Below are positions 17,093-26,298 of a DNA stretch of 34,606 nucleotides, one piece after another. The first letter of the stretch is position 1. Each line of letters begins with the position of its first letter. Both the position numbers and the translations under genes were made by a program. The notes beneath the pieces were generated by a model, which saw only the letters and a list, made by a program, of their open reading frames with translations, had not been told where the DNA came from and did not search any database. This DNA comes from a virus (taxonomy: Duplodnaviria > Caudoviricetes): IMG/VR virus record IMGVR_UViG_3300023263_000006, positions 1-34,606 of that record. One strand, given 5' to 3'.

Positions 17093-18409
17093 ATGCCTAA
17101 ATATGTAGGAAATCAAGAGTATCTTACTCCAAAACGATCATTTGCCGATAAATTGGCAATTGCTTCTGAAGGTGTATCAAGAGGGCTACAGGCCTTTGGT
17201 CAAATGAAACAGCAGGAAGAAGCAAGACGCGTGCTTTCAGATCCAAACGCTACACCTATACAAAAAGCCACTGCTTTGGCAAATTTGGGCCAGGAAAAGT
17301 TAGGCGTAGAAGTATTTAAGAAGTCAGCCGATCAAAGCTTGATTGCAGACGTAGAGCAGCGCTTGAATGCTCGGCTTGGTAGATCGAATGAAGCTATTCC
17401 TGTTACTGATGCTGGTCCTGCTTCAGTGCCTCAACCAGGAGAAGGAGGAACGCCTTCTCAACGACCATATACTGTTGGAGGCCCTAGCTCTGCAGCCAGA
17501 AACGCAGTTCAAATGTCTGGTGGTTTAGGATTGACCGCTAATCAATATCAAGCACCACCCGAAGTTCCTCAAGGAACACCACAAAATGTACCACAAGCAC
17601 AACCTCAGGTAACTCCTGAAGATGAAATCGATGCGTATGATGAAGCTGCGCAGCAATTAGCTAACAGTAAACCATCTGTTTCAAAATATTATGAAAATAA
17701 AGCTAATCAGATTAGGAAAGATGTACGACAAGATAGAAAATTCTTTCGTGAGATTGAAAGAGATGCAATAAAAGACGAACAAGATATTCGTAAGGAATCT
17801 GCTCCATATATTGAGGGAGTTTTAAATGCTTATAAGGGATCTAAGAACCAAGAAGCCATTTTAAATCAAATGGATGGGTTAGCGAAAAACAGGGATTTAA
17901 CTACTCCATTAATGAATAATTTATTGGGCGCTATAGGAATGCCTCTCGGTATTTTAAACAATCCAGATTCCGAAGAATTCGAAAAGCTATCAAATAACTT
18001 GACTAGAGACATTACTAAGTTTTATGGTGCACGAATAAATCAAACAGAATTTGTAAATTTTCTAAAACAAATTCCTACTCTAAATAATAGTGAAGAAGGC
18101 CGAATAAGAGTTATATCAAATTTGAAGAAAATGTTAGAGCCTGCTGGGTTAGAATATAGAATAATGAGCGAAATTATGGCGGAAAATGGCGGTAAGCCAA
18201 TTCCTAATATGAATTTCGAAGTTACAAAAAGAATGGAACCTACATTAGAAAAATGGGCATCTGAAATAAACAATGATATGCATAGACTTGCAAACCAGTC
18301 TACTCCTTTAGCTTCAGATGAAGTAGTAATGGTGTTTCCGGATGGCGCTAGGAAAAGAGTTCCGAAATCTGAAGTTGGAAAATGGTCACAATGGGGTAAA
18401 TTAGAATGA
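17093..18409 (+). CDS. Internal virion/DNA ejection protein
   Basis: 438 aa, helical, with Pro/Gln linker; second of three genes after the nozzle. Confidence 0.55.
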   Translation: MPKYVGNQEYLTPKRSFADKLAIASEGVSRGLQAFGQMKQQEEARRVLSDPNATPIQKATALANLGQEKLGVEVFKKSADQSLIADVEQRLNARLGRSNEAIPVTDAGPASVPQPGEGGTPSQRPYTVGGPSSAARNAVQMSGGLGLTANQYQAPPEVPQGTPQNVPQAQPQVTPEDEIDAYDEAAQQLANSKPSVSKYYENKANQIRKDVRQDRKFFREIERDAIKDEQDIRKESAPYIEGVLNAYKGSKNQEAILNQMDGLAKNRDLTTPLMNNLLGAIGMPLGILNNPDSEEFEKLSNNLTRDITKFYGARINQTEFVNFLKQIPTLNNSEEGRIRVISNLKKMLEPAGLEYRIMSEIMAENGGKPIPNMNFEVTKRMEPTLEKWASEINNDMHRLANQSTPLASDEVVMVFPDGARKRVPKSEVGKWSQWGKLE

Positions 18410-19698
18410 GTTCACAAAATCCTTGGGATGTATTAGTTGGTGTAGAGCCTCAACAGCAACCTTATCAAAAGGTAATGCAAGATTATCCTGAACTTGCACC
18501 GCAACAGGATCAGACTCCATGGAATTCATTAAATGAAGCTCCTGAAAGTAGATTTGAAGGTGTTACCAGAGTGGCTGCACAATGGACTCAAAGAGCTTTA
18601 GAAGGGATTTATGGTACACCTGGAAATTTAGAAAAATTAGGAAGAAGTTTTCTAAATATAGCTGAAATTAAAAAGCCTTATATGGGTGAAAATTACAAAC
18701 GGAATGAAAAATTAGTATCAGAAGAAACGTTTTTTCCCACTACACAAGAAATTAGAGAGAAAGTCAAAAGAGAAACTGGTGGTAAATATGAGCCTAAAAA
18801 TGAAATAGAGCGGATAGGCGGCAATATCATAGGGGATTGGGTCTTTAGGCCTGGAGGACCTATGGCAAAAACGTTAACGTCAATAGGAGCTGAAACTGCA
18901 AAAGAAATAACAGGTGCCTTGGGCGGAGGCGACACAGCTAAAACTCTAATTGATATGGCTACTACTTTTGCTTCTTCGCGGTTCAACCACCCTACAATTA
19001 GAAACTACTGGAATAACCAATATAATCTTGCTACTGGTTCTATCCCTAGAAATGCAAAAATTGCTGCTACTAAAATACAACCAACATTGGATCAAGTAAG
19101 ACAAAGAGTTCTTGCTGGTGGATATGCAGATTGGAAAGCACCCGTAATTCAGCAAATTGAAACTTTAGAAAAAAATATACAGAATGGTGCCGTACACGTA
19201 AGAGATATTGATAAGGCCATTCATGATATTAACAAACAAATTTATTCTGGAAAATTACCAGGTGAAGCAGTACGAGAACTTCAGACTTTAGCAAAAGGCG
19301 GAAGAAGACTCTTAAGACAATATGGTCAAACAAATCCTCAATTTTTAGAGCATTGGAGAAATGCTAATGCAGCTTACGCTGGATGGGCAAGCAATAGAGC
19401 AGCTAGCAACTTTATGGAAAAATATACAAATAAGTTGACTGCTGGCAGTGGTAGTTATGCTTTAATGACCTTTTTATTGAAAGGAACTGAAGCAACTGGA
19501 AAAACTGTAGCAGCAATTGCCTCCACTTATGGAATTGCAAAAGCTTCAGAATTTACAGCCAGAATTTTTGCTAATCCAGTCACAAGAAAATATTATATGA
19601 ATGCAATGTTGGGTGCATTACGTGAAAATGCACCTCAAATGTTAAATAATTTTAGCAAGTTAGATAAAGAGCTTCGTAAGGAAAATCAATCTCGATAA
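18406..19698 (+). CDS. Internal virion/DNA ejection protein
   Basis: 430 aa, helical, with Gly/Ala hydrophobic patches; last gene of the operon. Confidence 0.55.
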   Translation: MSSQNPWDVLVGVEPQQQPYQKVMQDYPELAPQQDQTPWNSLNEAPESRFEGVTRVAAQWTQRALEGIYGTPGNLEKLGRSFLNIAEIKKPYMGENYKRNEKLVSEETFFPTTQEIREKVKRETGGKYEPKNEIERIGGNIIGDWVFRPGGPMAKTLTSIGAETAKEITGALGGGDTAKTLIDMATTFASSRFNHPTIRNYWNNQYNLATGSIPRNAKIAATKIQPTLDQVRQRVLAGGYADWKAPVIQQIETLEKNIQNGAVHVRDIDKAIHDINKQIYSGKLPGEAVRELQTLAKGGRRLLRQYGQTNPQFLEHWRNANAAYAGWASNRAASNFMEKYTNKLTAGSGSYALMTFLLKGTEATGKTVAAIASTYGIAKASEFTARIFANPVTRKYYMNAMLGALRENAPQMLNNFSKLDKELRKENQSR

Positions 19699-19778
19699 GC
19701 CTTACTATTTTTTTCTGCCCTCTCTTCTAACATGCATCCTAAAATTAAGAAAAATACCATTACAAAACCAGCAATCAT
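19686..19778 (-). CDS. 30-aa TM peptide MIAGFVMVFFLILGCMLEERAEKNSKAYRD
   Basis: GGAGA RBS; manual translation. Confidence 0.5.
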   Translation of the reverse strand: MIAGFVMVFFLILGCMLEERAEKNSKAYRD

Positions 19779-19909
19779 TATAATTTCTCCATAAGTTTTT
19801 TAAATTGTTCTTTTTGTCTTTTATCATATTCATCATAGATGTACGTGATTTAGTCAGAGCAAAGCCAAGTGAGAATGAAAAAAAATAACATATAGCCTAA
19901 AATTGTCAT
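19778..19909 (-). pseudogene. Small TM ORF interrupted by an in-frame TAA (MTILGYMLFFFILTWLCSD*ITYIYDEYDKRQKEQFKKLMEKL*)
   Basis: Coupled start (ATGA), AGGAG RBS; the frame continues past TAA to a stop that overlaps the next ATG. Confidence 0.45.
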
Positions 19910-20172
19910 AATATTTTCTCCTTTTGTTTTTTGTCATATTCATCATTGAGTCTATCTTCTAAAGCTCTCATCGATGAGTAAGTTTTATCTTCTTCAGCAA
20001 TTTCAACATCAGGTCTTACTTTTTTTCTGACGATGTTTATCACCATGTTTCTTGAAATCTCAAACTCTTTTGCTATGTCATTATAATCGAATCGACCTCT
20101 CGGTGGTCCGCCTGGAAAGCACAGTCGTATGTATTTTATCTCATCGTCACTTAAGTCTTTTCTGTATTTCAT
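19906..20172 (-). CDS. Small HTH protein resembling the C-terminal HTH of the neighbouring HNH nuclease
   Basis: LSDDEIKYIR...YNDIAKEFEISRNMVINIVRKK versus LNEKQVLEIR...YKSLANMYGVAVSNIFSIIHRK; coupled start 20172. Confidence 0.7.
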   Translation of the reverse strand: MKYRKDLSDDEIKYIRLCFPGGPPRGRFDYNDIAKEFEISRNMVINIVRKKVRPDVEIAEEDKTYSSMRALEDRLNDEYDKKQKEKIL

Positions 20173-20837
20173 GGTATATGTTTCCATGTTTTTCTATGTA
20201 TAATAGAAAATATATTGCTCACTGCTACACCATACATATTAGCTAAAGATTTATAGCTTAACCCTTGAGATTTCTGTAGTCTAATTTCCAAAACCTGTTT
20301 TTCATTTAATTTGCATGAACCTTGCTTTTCTCCATTAACAAAAACCCCCCTCTTTTTTCTTAACATGTCTTCCATATTTTCTTTATATGTACCTAAAAAT
20401 AAATGATCTACATTTATACATTTTGGATTATCGCATTTGTGACATACCAGTTTACCTTTAGGGATTTCGCCTTTATATACCAGCCAAGAAGCTCTATGTG
20501 CTCTCATTTGCCTTCCCTTAAATCCAACGGCTCCATATCCAAAATGTTTAACGTAAAATCCTGTCCATTCTATGCACCCAGTTTCTATGTTTTTGCGAGA
20601 TTTTTGTTCTAAGTTTTTCTTAAGACGTAGTATTGCTTCCATGCCTTGTGGAGAGTTAATGCATCCACAACTTTTTGAAGTATTCCTTCTTAGTGAACTT
20701 CCACTGATAATTTTCTCTTTCCCACAATCGCATAGACATTTCCAATAAACCATTCCATGTGCAACATGAGACTTTTCTATAACTGTTAGTCGATTGAACT
20801 TTTTACCTTTGATGTCTATACATTTCCAAAAAACCAT
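20169..20837 (-). CDS. HNH homing endonuclease
   Basis: GKKFNRLTVI..WKCLCDCG..SCGC N-domain; VCHKCDNPKCINVDHLFLGTYKENMED HNH motif; C-terminal HTH. Confidence 0.9.
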   Translation of the reverse strand: MVFWKCIDIKGKKFNRLTVIEKSHVAHGMVYWKCLCDCGKEKIISGSSLRRNTSKSCGCINSPQGMEAILRLKKNLEQKSRKNIETGCIEWTGFYVKHFGYGAVGFKGRQMRAHRASWLVYKGEIPKGKLVCHKCDNPKCINVDHLFLGTYKENMEDMLRKKRGVFVNGEKQGSCKLNEKQVLEIRLQKSQGLSYKSLANMYGVAVSNIFSIIHRKTWKHIP

Positions 20838-20848
20838 GTCTTATGTTC

Positions 20849-20892
20849 CCTATATACGTATACATTGTATATAGGTCTTAAATTTAATGCAA
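20849..20892 (-). promoter_or_regulatory. Dedicated promoter of the HNH gene with an overlapping inverted repeat
   Basis: TTGCAT-17-TACAAT on - strand; IR CCTATATAC-N9-GTATATAGG 20849-20875. Confidence 0.6.
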
Positions 20893-20894
20893 CC

Positions 20895-20954
20895 CTAATC
20901 ATCCTCCATCACAAACCACCACCAAAATACTCCAATCCAAAATGCCCAACTCAC
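20895..20954 (-). CDS. 19-aa Trp-rich micropeptide MSWAFWIGVFWWWFVMEDD
   Basis: AAGGAGA RBS, GTGA overlap with the upstream stop. Confidence 0.4.
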   Translation of the reverse strand: MSWAFWIGVFWWWFVMEDD

Positions 20955-21121
20955 TTATTCTCCTTCATTAGTTCGAAGAATTCTTTGTACATATTGTCGA
21001 TTCGATCATGCAATCGCTTATATTCCTCATCTCTGCTTGTATAAACTGCCATAGTGAAGAAAAATACTATGATTCCTGTAAAAAAACAGGCCATAATAGT
21101 GCTAAATGGGACGTTGTCCAT
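20951..21121 (-). CDS. 56-aa TM plus coiled-coil protein (…RLHDRIDNMYKEFFELMKENK)
   Basis: AGGAGG RBS; TAATG coupling; manual translation. Confidence 0.7.
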   Translation of the reverse strand: MDNVPFSTIMACFFTGIIVFFFTMAVYTSRDEEYKRLHDRIDNMYKEFFELMKENK

Positions 21122-21372
21122 TATGTTTCCTCCTTATCGTAAACGTAGTCTTCTAATTTTTTAACATACTCTTCTTTCATTCTTTTTTCTTTATTTTTCA
21201 ATTCATTTATATTTTCCTTAGACTCCTTATATAGTTCTTCTCTCCATAAACGTATCTCAGTTTCAAAAGATTTTAGGTCGCTTTTTAGCCAAGAGAAAAT
21301 TCCTAGATTGATCCCTGCTACAGCTAAAACTGTTCCTATTGCGGTAAGTATTACTTGTATGTCCATAGTCAT
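21121..21372 (-). CDS. N-terminal TM plus coiled-coil protein
   Basis: AAGGAG RBS before ATG 21372/21366; VILTAIGTVLAVAGINLGIFSWL then a charged helix. Confidence 0.75.
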   Translation of the reverse strand: MTMDIQVILTAIGTVLAVAGINLGIFSWLKSDLKSFETEIRLWREELYKESKENINELKNKEKRMKEEYVKKLEDYVYDKEET

Positions 21373-21385
21373 CTCCTTTACCACA

Positions 21386-21414
21386 AGTGTAACGTTACCC
21401 ACAATTACTGTCAA
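21386..21414 (-). promoter_or_regulatory. Near-consensus leftward promoter containing the 16-bp operator-like motif
   Basis: TTGACA-17-TACACT; AGTGTAACGTTACCCA at 21386-21401. Confidence 0.8.
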
Positions 21415-21430
21415 GTACACATTCTTACTT

Positions 21431-21459
21431 TTGCACTGAATACTATCTAGCTATATAAA
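21431..21459 (+). promoter_or_regulatory. Rightward promoter for the fibre/spike module
   Basis: TTGCAC-17-TATAAA; GGAGA RBS downstream. Confidence 0.55.
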
Positions 21460-21496
21460 TAAGAATCAAAACACCACTCTTACTCGGAGAAAAATT

Positions 21497-23809
21497 ATGT
21501 CGTCATTCACAGAGCGTCCTTTAGCCTATATGGGAGAGCCAAATGCATCTACTACAGTTGCTGGCGTTGCCGAATTTGCTACTGTTGCAGAAACAGTTGC
21601 AGGCGTTCGTACAGATGTAGCCACTACACCAGCAGGCGTTGCTGCTGTAGCCATCGCAGGCGCCCCTGCAGCTAGCACAGTAGTTGCTGGTATCATAGAA
21701 ATAGCAACAGATGCAGAAGCAGTAGCAGGAGTAGATAACGATTTAGCGATTGTTCCTACAAACTTGGCAGCAGTATTCGCAGCTCCTCCTGCAATAGGCG
21801 GCACAACTCCTGGAGCCGGTACATTCACAGATCTTACAGCCGACTCTACAGGTGCTATTAGCCTAGATGCCGATGCAGCCTCTCACTTCGCTGTATCCGG
21901 TGCTGGTGTTGATCTTACGCTAGAAAGCGCAGCTGGTCGAGTTGTAATTAATGGTGAAGAAGCCGCTGCCGATGCTATCAGAATCGTTTCTGCCGCTGGT
22001 GGTCTTGATGTAGATACAGCGCTACTCTTAAGCCTTACTTCTTCTAGAAACAACGCGCAAGCTATACAGATTAACGCTTCAGCTGGTGGTATCGATATTA
22101 CTGCTACTGGTGCTGCAACAGAAGACATAGACATCGTAAATACAGGTGGTTCTGTAAATATTTCTGCTACAGAAGCCGCTGCCGATGCTGTTACCATTGC
22201 TGCAAGTGCCGGTGGTATCGATATTACAGCTACTGGCGGTGATATGGACATTACAGCTTCTGGTGCTGGTCTTACACTAACCTCTACAGAAAACTCTGCT
22301 GATTCGATAGCAATTATATCTACAACAGGTGGTATCGACATTACGGCTAGTGGCGCTGCCGCAGGCGAGGACATCGATATTACAACTACCTCATCAATCA
22401 ACCTTACAGCTACTGAGAATGCCGCTAATGCTATCTATCTTAGAGCAAACGGTGGAGTCACTGAAACAGTGAAAATCCACGCAGACCAAGGTACAGGTGT
22501 AGCGAGCGTAGAAGTTGTTTCCGACGTTGGTGGAGTAACAATCACAGGTGGCGTTGCCTCTGCTGATGCAATCAACATCGTAGCTTCAAACGCTGCTGGT
22601 GGTATAGACGTTGATTCTGGTACTGCAGGTGTTATTGTAGATACTACTGGTGCTATATCCCTCGATGCGGCCGCAGCATCAAACTTTACTGTCACAGGTG
22701 CTTTTGATGTAAGTGTGATTACCACTCTAGGTTCAGCAAATATTACTGCTGGTGAAGATGCAGCTGATGCAATCGTTCTTTCAGCGGGTGCAGGTGGTAT
22801 TGATATCCTAGCAACAGGTGCAGCAGGACAAGACATTGACATAGTAAACACAGGTGGTTCTGTAAATATCTCTGCAACAGAAAGTGCTGTTGACTCTATA
22901 AAAATCGAATCTACTGCAGGTGGTATCGACATCCTGGCTTCTGGCGCTGCTGCCGGTGAAGACATCGACATCATAGCTACTGGTTCATCTGTAAATATCT
23001 CATCGACAGAAAACGCCGCCGACTCAATAGTCATCACTTCAACAGTTGGTGGTATCGATATTCTAGCTTCAGGTGCCGGTGCGGGAGAAGACATTGACAT
23101 TATTGCTACTGGATCATCAGTAAACATCTCTGCAACAGAAAGTGCTGCTGATTCAATTACTATCGTTTCTACAGCTGGTGGTATCGACATTCTGGCCTCA
23201 GGAGCTGCTGCTGGTGAAGATATTGATATCGTCGCTACAGGATCATCTGTAAACATAAGTGCTACTGAAAGTGCTGCCGACTCGATTACAATCATATCCA
23301 CAGCAGGTGGTATCGATATTTCAGCTAGCGGTGCTGCTGCTGGCGAGGATATTGATATAACATCTACAGGTAGTTCTATCAATATAACAGCAACTGAAAA
23401 CGTATCTGATGCGATTGTAATTAACGCTTCAGGAGCTGCATCAGGCATCACTATAGACTGTGGAACAGTTGGTGTAACAATCGGTACAGGTGTAAACCAT
23501 GCTGTAACTTCAGTTGCAACAGCTGCATCTCCTTACTCTGTACTTGGAACAGACTACTTCATCACTACAGACTCAACTGGTGGTGCAATGACAATTACAT
23601 TGCCTGCAGCACCTGCTACAGGTCGTACAGTAATTGTATATGACGGTGCTGGTCAAGCTGCTGCTGGTGGTAACGTAACCGTTGACGGTAATGGTAAGAA
23701 CATTGCGGCTGCTGGCACTTCGGCCGCTACAAAACTACTGAACACAGCTTATGAGTCGTATACTCTAACTTATAATGGCACCCTCTGGTGTGGTCAGAAC
23801 ATAGTTTAA
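21497..23809 (+). CDS. Large repetitive fibre/spike protein (43-aa beta repeats)
   Basis: N-terminal AST.VAG..E.AT.AE.VAG fibre repeats; GGIDILASGAAAGEDIDIIATGSSVNISATESAADSI repeats; C-terminal domain shared with 24732..26246. Confidence 0.75.
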   Translation: MSSFTERPLAYMGEPNASTTVAGVAEFATVAETVAGVRTDVATTPAGVAAVAIAGAPAASTVVAGIIEIATDAEAVAGVDNDLAIVPTNLAAVFAAPPAIGGTTPGAGTFTDLTADSTGAISLDADAASHFAVSGAGVDLTLESAAGRVVINGEEAAADAIRIVSAAGGLDVDTALLLSLTSSRNNAQAIQINASAGGIDITATGAATEDIDIVNTGGSVNISATEAAADAVTIAASAGGIDITATGGDMDITASGAGLTLTSTENSADSIAIISTTGGIDITASGAAAGEDIDITTTSSINLTATENAANAIYLRANGGVTETVKIHADQGTGVASVEVVSDVGGVTITGGVASADAINIVASNAAGGIDVDSGTAGVIVDTTGAISLDAAAASNFTVTGAFDVSVITTLGSANITAGEDAADAIVLSAGAGGIDILATGAAGQDIDIVNTGGSVNISATESAVDSIKIESTAGGIDILASGAAAGEDIDIIATGSSVNISSTENAADSIVITSTVGGIDILASGAGAGEDIDIIATGSSVNISATESAADSITIVSTAGGIDILASGAAAGEDIDIVATGSSVNISATESAADSITIISTAGGIDISASGAAAGEDIDITSTGSSINITATENVSDAIVINASGAASGITIDCGTVGVTIGTGVNHAVTSVATAASPYSVLGTDYFITTDSTGGAMTITLPAAPATGRTVIVYDGAGQAAAGGNVTVDGNGKNIAAAGTSAATKLLNTAYESYTLTYNGTLWCGQNIV
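22793..23434 (+). repeat. Tandem coding repeat, 129-nt unit (about 5 copies, more degenerate copies upstream)
   Basis: GGTGGTAT(C/T)GA(C/T)AT recurs at 22793, 22919, 23048, 23177, 23306. Confidence 0.85.
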
Positions 23810-23828
23810 TAACTAACGGAGTTTAGCG

Positions 23829-24152
23829 ATGCCTGCTGTACAAAGTAGACTAAGTTTCGAGACGCTGCGCAGTCAAGCGTCTCCTTTTGTGGCGTATACC
23901 AACCTTGGTACGCCCATGGCGAATCCGATACGAATCTTCAAGATTTCTAATGAATCAGATGCTGCCATCACCGTATCTTACGATGGTGGCACCACTGACC
24001 ATGAACACATTCCAGCTAATAGCTTTGTATTGATAGATATCACATCTAATAAGGTGTGGGACTGTCAATTCTGCTTGTCTGTAGGTGTTCAAGTTGCCAT
24101 AAAGGGCACAGGCTCAGGCACAGTTTATATGTCAACATATTATGCAACTTAA
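23829..24152 (+). CDS. Small beta-rich structural protein
   Basis: GGAG RBS; within the fibre module. Confidence 0.65.
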   Translation: MPAVQSRLSFETLRSQASPFVAYTNLGTPMANPIRIFKISNESDAAITVSYDGGTTDHEHIPANSFVLIDITSNKVWDCQFCLSVGVQVAIKGTGSGTVYMSTYYAT

Positions 24153-24160
24153 GGGGAACT

Positions 24161-24730
24161 ATGTCACAAGCCGGAGTATTAAATACAGCAGCAGGGCCGG
24201 TTCCTCCTACAGTAGCTACATCATATGAGACACAAAATGGAACGGCAGTCCCAGCGGCAAATGTACTTATTATTAATGCGATTGATTCCACAGAAACTAA
24301 TGACAATGGAATCATAGCAAAAGGTGGAGTAGTAGGTACTGGAACAGCCAATGAAGTAGATATTGTCATCACAAATAGATTTGTGGGAACCACAACTACA
24401 ACAGATGCAACGCCCGATACCTCTATATCTCTAGCCCTTGGAGCAACTCCTGGAGTCTATACTTTTGATATTCAGATAGCAGGCTATGATGCTACAGACG
24501 ATGAAGGGGTTGGCTATGCAATATTCGGCACGGTACGCACAACAGGTGCTGCGGCTACCGTAATAGGCACTCCAGATAAGATTGTTAATGAAGAAGCAGC
24601 TCCAGTAAACCTGTCGAGTTGTAACGCCAATTTAACAGCCTCTGGTAATAGCGCTGTGATCACTCTAACAGGTATTGCTGCAACAACAATTAGATGGCGA
24701 GTTTTATCAACATTTATATTTGTGAGTTAG
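24161..24730 (+). CDS. Structural protein of the fibre module (MSQAG...)
   Basis: AAGGGG RBS before ATG 24161; Thr/Gly/Ala-rich. Confidence 0.7.
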   Translation: MSQAGVLNTAAGPVPPTVATSYETQNGTAVPAANVLIINAIDSTETNDNGIIAKGGVVGTGTANEVDIVITNRFVGTTTTTDATPDTSISLALGATPGVYTFDIQIAGYDATDDEGVGYAIFGTVRTTGAAATVIGTPDKIVNEEAAPVNLSSCNANLTASGNSAVITLTGIAATTIRWRVLSTFIFVS

Positions 24731-24731
24731 A

Positions 24732-26246
24732 ATGGCCGGTTTTGAAAATGATATTTTATATGGAAGTAACGTCGACTTTAGAGGTGTAGAACCTGTTGTA
24801 GCACAAGTTACAGCTAACGGCCAACTACTTATCGGAGCGACAGCCTCCCCAAACATACGTGTAGGGGCTTTAGCCTCTGCAGGTGGCACAATTATCATCA
24901 CAACAGGTGCTGGCACTATAGACCTAGCTACATCTGGATCCGCCGTCGGCAATACCATCACAGGTGACTCTGGAGGAGCTTTAAGCCCTACAGCAGGTAA
25001 TTGGAACATCCTGGGTCAGCAGGCTGGTACATTAGCTGTAATGGACACAATAGGGTCAGGAAGTACATTAAGTATAGAAGATCGAACGTGGATTACTTCT
25101 TTTGTTGTAGACCAAAGCGCTACGGTAGGTTTAAGAGGTACGTTTACAACCATTCAAGCAGCGATTACAGCGGCTTCTTCAGGGCAAAATATATTTATCA
25201 GACCAGGAACATATACGGAGGATCTCACGCTAAAAGATGGCGTTAATCTTATCGGCATGTCCAATAGCTATTCTGCAGTTGCACCAGTTATTATACGTGG
25301 AAAATCTACTTTTACAACAGGAATAGCGTCTATTGACAATATTTCCTTTGTTACAAATTCTGATTACATTTCTGCCATTTCTGGAAGCGCACTTTTAAGT
25401 TATTATAGATGTTATTTCAATATACTAACAACAGGCGCATTTAATTTAAATAGCGGGCGCGTTAATCTTGTCCAATGCGGTTCTGTATCGGCTTCTGGAT
25501 CGACTTCAATGTTCACAGCAATAAACGCCTCTACAGTTTCAGTTTTTGGTAGTACTTTGATTGGCTCTTCAACAACAGCTAGTACATTTGCAAATACTAG
25601 TTCAATAACTGTAAGAAATAGTACTTTACAGGATTCAATCACAACTAGCAATACGGCAGTATTTGAGGCGCATAATTCCTCTTTTGGACGTACCTCTTCT
25701 GCCGTGAATGGATTAACCCATAACAGTACCGCAAGCGGTTGCTTAGCGTTTAATTGTGAGTTCTTGAGTCCGGGTGATACTTATAATATAAGTATTGGAA
25801 CCGGCGCAACGTTAACACTAGCTAATTGCACGATCCACACAGATCTGGCTTCCGGTCTGGCAATCACAGGCCTCGGAACACTAAAATATACCGGCCTTTC
25901 ATTTGCACAAACTGCAAGTACAATTGATACGACTACACAAGTTCCTTTAGTGACATCAAACGATGCACTTAAGATCAAATCACCGGCAGCTTATCCATAT
26001 ACCACAGTGCCACAAGATGCTGTTATTTTAGTGGATACATCCTCTGCAAGAACAATAACACCTCTTGCATCGCCTACAACTGGTCAGAAACATATAATAA
26101 AAGATAATGTGGGTTCCGCGGCAGCTAACAACATCACTATCACGCCTTCTGGAAAGAACATTGACGGAGCGGCTTCAAGTACGATCAATATCAACTATGG
26201 AAGTGTAACAATTGTATACGGGGGATCGGAGTGGCATATCGTGTAA
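24732..26246 (+). CDS. Tailspike/fibre with parallel beta-helix (pectate-lyase-like) region
   Basis: FTTIQAAITAA...IFIRPGTYTEDLTLKDGVNLIG beta-helix entry motif; C-terminal VDTSSARTITP...IKDNVGSAAANNITI domain. Confidence 0.8.
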   Translation: MAGFENDILYGSNVDFRGVEPVVAQVTANGQLLIGATASPNIRVGALASAGGTIIITTGAGTIDLATSGSAVGNTITGDSGGALSPTAGNWNILGQQAGTLAVMDTIGSGSTLSIEDRTWITSFVVDQSATVGLRGTFTTIQAAITAASSGQNIFIRPGTYTEDLTLKDGVNLIGMSNSYSAVAPVIIRGKSTFTTGIASIDNISFVTNSDYISAISGSALLSYYRCYFNILTTGAFNLNSGRVNLVQCGSVSASGSTSMFTAINASTVSVFGSTLIGSSTTASTFANTSSITVRNSTLQDSITTSNTAVFEAHNSSFGRTSSAVNGLTHNSTASGCLAFNCEFLSPGDTYNISIGTGATLTLANCTIHTDLASGLAITGLGTLKYTGLSFAQTASTIDTTTQVPLVTSNDALKIKSPAAYPYTTVPQDAVILVDTSSARTITPLASPTTGQKHIIKDNVGSAAANNITITPSGKNIDGAASSTININYGSVTIVYGGSEWHIV

Positions 26247-26249
26247 CTG

Positions 26250-26279
26250 TTGACACAAATAGAACCTTTGGTTTATACT
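26250..26279 (+). promoter_or_regulatory. Promoter of the GIY-YIG gene
   Basis: TTGACA-18-TATACT; GAGGT RBS. Confidence 0.7.
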
Positions 26280-26298
26280 TTACCTAAAAGAGGTAAAT

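Noticed and set aside
22793-23434. Regular repeats as a possible CRISPR array or DGR template/variable repeats
   Set aside because: Units are contiguous in-frame 129-nt coding repeats with mostly third-position changes; no unique spacers, no reverse transcriptase, no adenine-specific pattern
21526-23451. Long minus-strand ORFs (21526..21828, 21883..22401, 22435..23451)
   Set aside because: Antisense shadows of the Ala/Gly/Thr/Ile-rich repeat gene, whose codon usage leaves few stops on the reverse strand; no RBS
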